Source of the DNA: an uncultured Acidimicrobiales bacterium
GTDB taxonomy: Bacteria > Actinomycetota > Acidimicrobiia > Acidimicrobiales > SZUA-35
Assembly (NCBI GenBank): GCA_963700755.1
Contig: CAVOYW010000002.1
Coordinates: 46,968-110,967, forward strand
Length of the DNA: 64,000 bases
Direction of reading: 5' to 3'
Under the pieces are notes generated by a model, which had not been told where the DNA came from, searched no databases, and worked only from the letters and a program-made list of their open reading frames with translations. The position numbers and the translations under genes were made by a program. Positions 37,260 through 45,300 of the stretch are shown piece after piece (within the stretch, counting starts at the first letter, position 1; the number at the start of each line of letters is the position of its first letter).

Positions 37260-37961
37260 GTGGCAGACATCGAGCTGATGGACCGGGGCTATGCCGCCGT
37301 CATGGCGCAGATCGTGAAGACCGGCGCGGCGCCGCACTTCACCGAGCTGGCGGCCGAGCTCGGCATTCCGATCACCGACGCCCGGGATCTCATCCACGAA
37401 CTGGTCGCGGTCACGCCGGGGTGGACCCACCCGGGCACCGACTACCTGGCGTCGTTCCCGCCGTTCAACCTCCAGCCGACCCACTATCGCGTTTCGATCG
37501 ACGGTGAGCAGCGCTGGTACGCCCAGTGTGGTTTCGAGGCCATGGCCGTTCGCTGGCTCGTCCCGGGTCGTGAGGTTCGGATCGACGCCCCGTGCCTGTG
37601 CTGCGGCGAACCGATCTCGGTGACGATGTGCGACGAGGAGCTGTCGCTGATCGAACCGGCCGAGACCGTCGGCTACACCGCCTCGCAGGTCGGGGGTGAT
37701 GCGGCCAGTCGGCCGTTCCGCTGAGCGAACATGAACCTCTTCCGGTCGGAAGAACACGCACGCCGCTGGTCCGGATTCGACGAGTCGATGGCCTCGAGCC
37801 TGATGCCCGTCGCCGAGTGGGCCGACATCTTCTCGAACCCCTTCTTCCGGGAACGGGGCCGCCCCGACTACCTCTCGTGGACCCGTTCCGACGAAGGCGC
37901 CGCCGCGTTCACCGAACTCCGGGCCCGCCTGCCTCAACCCAGCCACCCCGACTCGGCCTGA
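37260..37961 (+). CDS. Organomercurial lyase (MerB)-like protein with in-frame TGA at 37722-37724; candidate selenoprotein
   Basis: ORFs 37140..37724 and 37731..37961 share one frame. RWYAQCGFEAMAV aligns with MerB YAWCALDTLIF, and APCLCCGEPISVTM aligns with SSHCAATGAPVSLTV. PFR-TGA-ANMNLFRSEEHARRW aligns with SFCCHVHFFASVPTAEDW. The start is GTG at 37260, with ATG 37278 as an alternative. Confidence 0.6.
37738..37753 (+). promoter_or_regulatory. Candidate bacterial SECIS stem-loop for the UGA at 37722
   Basis: The structure is UCUUCC / GGUC / GGAAGA, a 6-bp stem with a GGUC tetraloop at +23 to +26 from the U of UGA. From memory, the E. coli fdhF SECIS has GGUC at +22 to +25. Confidence 0.6.
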
Positions 37962-37965
37962 TTCG

Positions 37966-38001
37966 GAGAGTCTGAGCGACGGAACCGTCGCTCAGCCTCT
38001 C
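37966..38001. terminator. Long imperfect hairpin between convergent genes, followed on the plus strand by a G-rich tract to about 38058
   Basis: The structure is GAGAG-T-CTGAGCGAC / GGAACC / GTCGCTCAG-C-CTCTC, with 5 + 9 bp, one mismatch and a 6-nt loop. It is near-identical to the hairpin at 53063..53100. Confidence 0.55.
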
Positions 38002-38058
38002 GAGAACCCCGGGGAGAACCGGGGGAGGGGCGGGCGTGGGTTGGGGTCGGACGGTCGG

Positions 38059-39012
38059 TCAGGCTCGGGGCGAGTGGTTGCGTTGGCGGAACTCGTGCAC
38101 GGACAGGGAACGAAGCGTGGTCGGCTCGCTGGCCCGGACGGTGGCGCTGCGGGGTTGGCCGAGCATCGGGGCCAACTCGCCGATGTATTCGCCGGGGCCT
38201 CGCTGGGTCAGGACCGTCTCGGTGCCGTCGATGGCTTCGCGTACCACGTCGAGGCGGCCCTGCTCGACCAGATAGACCCGACTCCCCGTCGATCCCTGGC
38301 GGAACAGGATGTCGCCCGACGCGAGCTCGACGCTCGTCTCGGTGGAGTCGTCGTCGAGCGATGGAACGAGATCGATGGAGGTGTCGGCGATGGGCATCAG
38401 CCGGTCGTCGTGGGTCGACACCACCACGGTGTGGCCGGCGGTTGCGATGTCGCGCAGCAGCGAGATGATGCCCTCGGCCTGGACGTAGTCGAGGTTGGCG
38501 GTCGGTTCGTCGGCCAGCAGGAGCGGGGCCCCGCTGGCCAGACCTCGGGCGATTGCCACCCGCTGTTGCTGCCCCCCGGAGAGGTGACTCGGCCGGTGAT
38601 GGGCTCGGTCGCCGAGGCCGACCTGGTCGAGCAGGTTGGCCGCTCGTTGGCGGGCGGCTCCGGCCGACGTTCCGGTGAGGCGGAGCGGCATGGCGATGTT
38701 GTCGAGCGCCGAGAGCGAGGGGATGAGGTTGAACGCCTGGAAGACGAAGCCCACCGAGTTGCGGCGGTGCGACAACAGGGAGCGGTCGTCGAGGCCGGCG
38801 ATGTCGGTGCCGTCGACCATGATCTGTCCGGCCGTCGGTCGGAGGATGCCTCCGAGGCACGACAGCAGCGTGGTCTTGCCGCACCCGGATGGGCCGAGCA
38901 ACAGCGCCAGATCGCCGTCGCCGATGGAGGCGTTCAACCCGTCCAGGGGGCGGATCGGATAGCCGTTCGAGGTGTATTCGACGACGAGATCGCGTATCTG
39001 CAGGTTCGGCAT
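38059..39012 (-). CDS. ABC transporter ATP-binding protein (MacB/LolD-type) with a C-terminal cyclic-nucleotide-binding domain
   Basis: Walker A is GPSGCGKTTL, the signature is LSGGQQQRVAIARGL, and Walker B is LLLADEPTANLD. The C-terminal segment GEYIGELAPMLGQPRSATVRA is a cNMP-binding phosphate-binding cassette. ATG at 39012 lies 1 nt after the upstream stop. Confidence 0.9.
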   Translation of the reverse strand: MPNLQIRDLVVEYTSNGYPIRPLDGLNASIGDGDLALLLGPSGCGKTTLLSCLGGILRPTAGQIMVDGTDIAGLDDRSLLSHRRNSVGFVFQAFNLIPSLSALDNIAMPLRLTGTSAGAARQRAANLLDQVGLGDRAHHRPSHLSGGQQQRVAIARGLASGAPLLLADEPTANLDYVQAEGIISLLRDIATAGHTVVVSTHDDRLMPIADTSIDLVPSLDDDSTETSVELASGDILFRQGSTGSRVYLVEQGRLDVVREAIDGTETVLTQRGPGEYIGELAPMLGQPRSATVRASEPTTLRSLSVHEFRQRNHSPRA

Positions 39013-39013
39013 G

Positions 39014-41965
39014 TCAGGCTCCCGGCCCACCGAAGGCTGCGGCAGGATCGGTTCGTAGCGTTCGTCTGATGGCGCCGTAGCTGGCGGCGGCGGCCACGAT
39101 CATCGACACCGCGACCAGGACGATCCGGTCGCCGAGGTCGAGGTAGACACGAAGCGGGAAGACCGGGGCGAGCAGGGTCTGGACGATCAGGGCGATGATC
39201 GATGCCACCAATCCGATGACCAGGGCCTGGGCGGCCACGCCGATCGAGATCGGGCGGGACGCAACGCCCATGGCTCGGAGGACGGCGATGTCGCGCAGTC
39301 GATCGAGCGTGGCCAGGAAGACGACGGCTCCGATGATGAGCGAGGCAACGACCGCGAGGAGGACCTGCACGAGCCGCATCGTGGCGATCGGTCGTTCGAT
39401 CGGTCCAAGGGCGTCCTCGGCCACCTCGGCCGGCTCGAGTGATCGCAGGGTGGGCGGAAGTTCGGGGAGCTGGTCGACCACCAGGGCCGAGAGCAATGGT
39501 TGACCCTCGACGACGAGGTCGCGAGCTGCGTCGAGCGGAACGAACACCAGGGGCATCCCGGCGAAGACGGTCGTTTCGGCGACGACGCCGGTGACGGTGG
39601 CGTCGAGCGGGCCGAGTCGAACCCGGTCACCGACGCCGAAGGTCGAGTCTTCGGACACCACGACCTCGGCGGCACCCTGGGCCTGGCGACCGTCGATCAA
39701 GGGGGGAGCGTCGTCGGGCAGGTCGGCGTGGCCGACGAGGATCACGTCGAGATCGTTTGCGCCCTCGGCATCGGCCAGGCGATAGCGAGCGATCAGGACC
39801 CGCCCGAGGGCGTCGGCGCCGACCGGACCGAGGTCGGCCAGTGCCGAGTCGGCGAACGTGGCGCTCGAGGTGAAGATGCCGTCGGCCCCGGCCGGGACGA
39901 TCCAGTGCGAGCCGCCGAAGGACGAAACGGCCACGGTCGGTTCCCGGTTGAGTTGGTTGACGACGCCGGTCATCAGGAGGAGGAGGGCGAGCACGACGCT
40001 GGTGGCGGCAACGGCGACGACGAATCGGCGGGCCCGGAGCCGGAGGTCGGCCCATGCGAGCGACAGCGATCCGATGAGGGCGGCACCGGGCGATCGGTCG
40101 GGGGCCGGGCCGGTGTCGGTCGGTCTCGGTCGTGATCGCCCGGCTTCGAGTGCGGCGATCAGTGTCGGGTCGCCAACCGGCGGTTCGGCGCCGGCGAGGA
40201 ACGCGTCGATCAGGGCGGCCGATTGGGTTGCGCCGAGGGCGATCACCTGGCGGACCTTGCCGAATTCCAGAACGCTGAACTCCGACAGGTTGAGGTGCAC
40301 ATGACAGTCCACCGACCCGAGCGCCTCGACCCGGCGGCTGGCCGAGGCCACGGTGGTCGAACGCATCAGGGTGTCGAGCGGGTTCGGCACCCGGTTGGAT
40401 CGCATGCCCGGGATCAGGCGCCGAGCCAGCAGTCGCGGCCCCGACATCACGCGGGGGAGCGGTTCGGTCTTGCGGCCGTGGGGCGGGGCGAGGTCGACCA
40501 CGATCATCGAGCCCTCCCCGGTGAGAGCCCGCGCCCCCTCGACGGGGATGGCGTCGAAGACGGCGCCATCGATGTGAACGTGACCGTCGATGTCGACCGG
40601 CGGGAACACACCGGGGATCGAGATACTGGCGTAGATCGCGTCGGCCATCGGCCCGGTGGTGTGATTCACCGATTCGCCGAGGGTGAGATCGGTGGTGGCA
40701 ATCGAGAGCGGGATCCAGGTGTCGGTGATGTCACGGTCGCCGCACGCCTGCTGAATGCGGCGCCAGGCTCGCCCACCGGCGATGACCGCCCCCACCGGGA
40801 GCGTGTAGTCGAGCAGTTTGCGCATCGACCAGTCGGTCTTCTCGTCGAGGCCGTCGACCGCTCCCAGTACTCCCAGCCAGGCGGCGACGATCGAGCCGCC
40901 GCTCACCCCGGCCACGGCATCGACGGCGATTCCCCGATCGGCGAGGGCCTGGATCGTGCCGACGGCTCCGGCCGATCGCACACCCCCGGCGCCGATGGCC
41001 ATCGTGAGTGGACGACCAACGGCATGGCGAGCGACGCGGTCGAGGTCGGACGGCGTCCGCCGCCGCAGGTGGAGATGCCGGTCGACCTGGCGGCGCACGA
41101 GCCACTCCCGCGTCAGGCGGGGCCGGTCGGCGTCGGCCGGATGTACCAGCACGAGCAGGCGGACCGCGTTCGCCGCTCGGGGCACCGATTCGAGCAGCTG
41201 CTGTTCGGCCTGGCCGATGTCGGGGCCGTCGGCGGTGTCGAGAACGAACACGAGCCGGTCGGCAACCTTGGCGATGGCCCGGTTCCACTCGGGCCGGGCC
41301 GGGTCGCCGAGCAGCGTCACGCCTCGACTCCCGGCCGTTTCGGTGTCTTCCCGTCGGTGTTCGAAGTCGTCGAGCCAGCCGAGGGTTCCGGCCGAGGCGG
41401 CCTGTTCGAGCTCGGGGTGATCGGTGGGATCGATCACGACGTGCTGCCCGATCGACGCCGCCGCGGCGGCCAGAGCGCGTGCCTCGCCCATCACGGTCGA
41501 GTCCAACGGAACGAAGGCCACGACCTCGGTCGGCCCGCCGAGGTCGTCGGCGCCTCGGGTCAGGACGGCGTGCATGATGGCCATGGCTACGTCGGGTTGT
41601 GCGGCCATGAGCGAGATCAGCCACTCCCGGTCGAGCACGGCCAGTTCGGTGCGGCGAGCGGCCCGCATTCGGGCCCGGCGCACCCCGACCTCGAGCAGGG
41701 CCGCTTCGCCGATCAGTTCGCCGGGCCCGTGGAGCCCGATTCGTTGTTCGACACCGTTGCCGTCGATCCGGCTGGCGTGGATCCGGCCCCGGACGACGAC
41801 CCAGGCCGAGTGGCCGGAGTCGCCCACTTCGCAGAGCAGTTCCCCGGCATCGAGCTCGTGGGTGGTCAAGGCCGAGAGGTCGGAATGCCGACCCGCGCCC
41901 GGCAGCGCCCGCTCGAGGGCATCACGCAACAGGGCATCGGGGTCGGCGTCGGGCATGCAGGTCAT
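39014..41965 (-). CDS. Fusion protein: cNMP-binding domain, patatin-like phospholipase (NTE-like) and MacB/FtsX-type ABC permease
   Basis: The N-terminal cNMP-binding segment is GELIGEAALL...RRARMRA. The patatin motifs are GAGGVRSAG (GxGxxG), GVSGGS (GxSxG) and IDGAVFD (the catalytic Asp). The C-terminus has one TM helix, a large loop and three TM helices, with an FtsX-type AVLRAMGVASRPI segment. Confidence 0.85.
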   Translation of the reverse strand: MTCMPDADPDALLRDALERALPGAGRHSDLSALTTHELDAGELLCEVGDSGHSAWVVVRGRIHASRIDGNGVEQRIGLHGPGELIGEAALLEVGVRRARMRAARRTELAVLDREWLISLMAAQPDVAMAIMHAVLTRGADDLGGPTEVVAFVPLDSTVMGEARALAAAAASIGQHVVIDPTDHPELEQAASAGTLGWLDDFEHRREDTETAGSRGVTLLGDPARPEWNRAIAKVADRLVFVLDTADGPDIGQAEQQLLESVPRAANAVRLLVLVHPADADRPRLTREWLVRRQVDRHLHLRRRTPSDLDRVARHAVGRPLTMAIGAGGVRSAGAVGTIQALADRGIAVDAVAGVSGGSIVAAWLGVLGAVDGLDEKTDWSMRKLLDYTLPVGAVIAGGRAWRRIQQACGDRDITDTWIPLSIATTDLTLGESVNHTTGPMADAIYASISIPGVFPPVDIDGHVHIDGAVFDAIPVEGARALTGEGSMIVVDLAPPHGRKTEPLPRVMSGPRLLARRLIPGMRSNRVPNPLDTLMRSTTVASASRRVEALGSVDCHVHLNLSEFSVLEFGKVRQVIALGATQSAALIDAFLAGAEPPVGDPTLIAALEAGRSRPRPTDTGPAPDRSPGAALIGSLSLAWADLRLRARRFVVAVAATSVVLALLLLMTGVVNQLNREPTVAVSSFGGSHWIVPAGADGIFTSSATFADSALADLGPVGADALGRVLIARYRLADAEGANDLDVILVGHADLPDDAPPLIDGRQAQGAAEVVVSEDSTFGVGDRVRLGPLDATVTGVVAETTVFAGMPLVFVPLDAARDLVVEGQPLLSALVVDQLPELPPTLRSLEPAEVAEDALGPIERPIATMRLVQVLLAVVASLIIGAVVFLATLDRLRDIAVLRAMGVASRPISIGVAAQALVIGLVASIIALIVQTLLAPVFPLRVYLDLGDRIVLVAVSMIVAAAASYGAIRRTLRTDPAAAFGGPGA

Positions 41966-42064
41966 GTCAATGTCCTGGTGAGCGTCATGTCAAGTCGTCG
42001 CAGAGCGCATGAGGTTCCTCGTCTCGCGGGCCCCTCTGTCGGTCCCGGTCTCACGGTAGGTGGC

Positions 42065-42085
42065 GCGCTGTCAGTGCGCTGTCAG
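42065..42085. promoter_or_regulatory. Direct repeat GCGCTGTCAG-T-GCGCTGTCAG with 11-bp phasing, in the divergent promoter region
   Basis: Read directly from the sequence. It lies 100 bp upstream of ATG 41965(-) and about 230 bp upstream of 42313(+). Confidence 0.35.
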
Positions 42086-42128
42086 ACCGGGAACGCGGGC
42101 CTTCGGCGGGGCCGCTCGGCGCCGGCGG

Positions 42129-42146
42129 CTGACAGCAGAGTGTCAG
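42129..42146. promoter_or_regulatory. Inverted repeat CTGACA-N6-TGTCAG
   Basis: Read directly from the sequence. It uses the same hexamer as the direct repeats at 42065-42085. Confidence 0.3.
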
Positions 42147-42312
42147 CGTCGTCCGTACCGTCTGCAGAACGGCGACAATCGGCGGTGACCCGATACGCCG
42201 GCCGACCCCGCCCGAGCAGCACGGACGCGTTGCAGACCGACTGCAGACGGCATTTCGTACGGTCGGACGAGAACGACGTGCAACACTGTTCGACAAGCCC
42301 TGGGGGGTGGCG

Positions 42313-45300
42313 ATGGAGGTCCGGGTTCTCGGCCCGCTGGAGGTGTCGATCGACGGCTCTTCAATCGCGGTCGGCGGGCCACGCCTGCGCCGTCTCCTGC
42401 TCTGCCTCGTCGGTGGTGACGGGTCGGTGCGGTCGATCGACACCCTGATCGACGCCGTGTGGCCCGAGGAGGAACCACCCGAGGGCGCTCGCCGCACGCT
42501 GATGTCGTACGTGTCGCGACTCCGGGGCGTGTTGGTCGACGGCGCGATCGAGCAGATGGGCGCCGGTTACCGGCTGCGCACCGAGCTGGTCTCGGTCGAT
42601 GCGAACCGCTTCGTCGAACTGGTCGACCGCGGTCGGCGGGCGGCCCGGTCGGGCAACGCCTCCGGCGCCGTGACGCTGTACGACGAGGGGCTGGCTCTCT
42701 GGCGGGGCGAACCCGCCGCCGAGTTCGCGGGCGAGCACTGGATCGAGCCGGAACGAGTGCGGCTCGACGAACTGAGGCTGGCCGCCCTCGAGGGCCGGTT
42801 CGAGGCCAAGCTCGCGCTCGATGCCCATGCCGAGGTCCTCGTCGACCTCGAGCAGGCCGACGCGGCTCACCCCGAGCGGGAACGACTGGCCTACCTGTAC
42901 ATGCTGGCGCTCTACCGCTGTGGGCGTCAGATCGAGGCACTCCGACACTTCCAGGCCGTCCGCACCCGATTGGCCGATCTCGGCCTGGAACCGGCCCCGG
43001 AGCTGCGCGACCTCGAACGACAGATCCTCGATCACGATGCGGTGCTCCTGAGCAGCGACCCGGAGCCCGGGACGTCGATCCGGGGCTACGAACTGGGCGA
43101 GCGCATCGGTGAAGGGTCGTTCGGCACGATCCATCGGGCGATCCAGCCATCGGTCGGACGTGAGGTGGCGATCAAGGTGATCCGGCCCGAATTCGCCAAC
43201 GACCCCGGTTCGTCCGCCGGTTCGAGACCGAGGCCCAGCTCGTCGCCCGCCTCGAACACCCGCACATCGTGCCGCTCTACGACTACTGGCGCGAGCCCGA
43301 CGGCGCCTACCTGGTGATGCGGCTGCTGCGCGGCGGCAACGCCGAGGAGAGACTGGTCGCCCGAGGTCCGCTGCCCCTGCCCGATGTCGTCACGATCATC
43401 GACCAGATCGGGGGTGCGCTGGCCGTCGCCCACGCTCGCGGGGTGATCCATCGAGACGTGAAGCCGGCCAACATCTTGTTCGACGACGACGACATCGCCT
43501 ATCTGGCCGACTTCGGGATCGCCGTGCGGGACGAACTCGACACCGCCGACGGGGAGCTGCATTCGGCGGGGTCGCCGCTCTACGCCAGCCCCGAACAGGT
43601 ACGGGGTGGCGAGATCACGGTCCGGTCCGACATCTACAGCCTCGGGATCGCCGCCTACGAGTTGCTGGCGGGGCGGACGGCGTTCTCGGCGGATTCGGTC
43701 CAGGCGCTGCTCGAGACGAAGCTTCGGGCCTCGGTTCCGAGTGTCCGCGTGGTTCGTCCCGATGTGCCGCCTGCGGTCGACGTGGTCATCGATCGGGCGA
43801 CTGCGGTCGATCCCGAGCGTCGGTTCCCCGACATGGGCGAGATGGTGTTGGCGTTCCGGGCGGCGGCCGCATCATCGGCCCAGGCGGTCATGACCGGGGA
43901 TCCGGGGCGAGCCCGGCTCGAGGAGCGACCGCGGGCGGCCGCCAGTCGCACGCTGGTGAACGTCGAGCTGGCCCGAGTCAATCCCTACAAGGGTCTGCGG
44001 GCGTTCCAGGAAGCCGACAGCCAGGACTTCCATGGGCGAGACGTGCTCATCGGCGAGCTGGTCGAGCGGGTCTCGGCCCATCGGCTCGTCGCCGTGGTCG
44101 GGGCCTCGGGCTCGGGCAAGTCGTCGGTCGTGCGGGCCGGCCTGCTCCCGGCGGTCGCCGATCGATCGTGGTTCGTGGTCACGATCCTGCCCGGCGCCCA
44201 CCCGTTGGAGGAGCTCGAAGCGGGCCTGCTCCGGGTGGCGTCCGACGAGGTGCCCGGGCTGTTGGAACAACTGCAGAGCGAGGACCGTGGCCTGATCCGG
44301 GCCGTGCGGCGGGTCCTGCCCCCCGACGACAGCGAACTGTTGCTGGTGATCGATCAGTTCGAGGAGGTCTTCACGGCGGCCGCGGCCGAGGAGCGGGATC
44401 GCTTCCTCGATGGCCTCGTCCAGGCCATCGACGACGACCGCTCGAGGATCCGGGTCGTCGCCACGATCCGGGCCGATTTCTACGACCGCCCGCTCCGTCA
44501 CCGTGGCTTCGGCGCCCTGTTGCAGGACGCCACCCTCAACGTGTTGCCGATGTCGGCCGAGGAGCTCACCGCGGCCATCGAGGCGCCGGCGACACGGCTC
44601 GGGTCCCGGTTCGAGCCGGGACTGGTCGACATGATCGTCGCCGATGTCGGTGAGAACGCCGGGATGTTGCCGTTGCTGCAATACGCGCTGACCGAGCTCT
44701 ACGACCGTCGGATCGGCGACGAGATGACGCTGGCCGGTTACCGCGACATCGGCGGCGTCACCGGTGCCTTGGCCCGCCGGGCCGAGGAGCTGTTTTCGGA
44801 TCTCCACGAGCACGATCAGGCCGGCGCCCGGAGACTGTTCACCCGTCTGGTCACCCCGGGTGAGGGTGTCGAGGACACCCGCCGCCGAGCCCTTCGTTCC
44901 GAACTGACCGTCGTGTCCGACGAGATCATCGATTCGTTCGGTGCCCACCGGCTGCTGTCGTTCGACCGTGATCCGGCCACCCGGGCACCGACGGTCGAGG
45001 TGGCGCACGAGGCGTTGATCCGGGAGTGGGGCCGGTTGCGTCACTGGGTCGACGAGGACCGTCAGGGCCTCCGTACGTTGCGACATCTCACGGCGTCGAC
45101 GAAAGGCTGGATCGACGCCGATCGTGACCCGGCCGAGCTCTATCGCGGCGGCCGTCTCGACGCGGCCGCGGAGTGGGCTGACCAGCATCGCAACGACCTG
45201 GCCCCCGACGAGGTCGAGTTCCTCGAGGCCAGCCGGTCGTTGCGTGAGGTCGAACTGCGGGAGCAGGCCGAGCGGGCGGCGCTCCGCGAGCGGCAGAACC

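Noticed and set aside
40223-42448. A 741-aa plus-strand ORF
   Set aside because: It lies antisense to the cNMP-patatin-FtsX gene and runs through the intergenic promoter region. It has no motifs and a Gly/Arg/Asp-rich composition.
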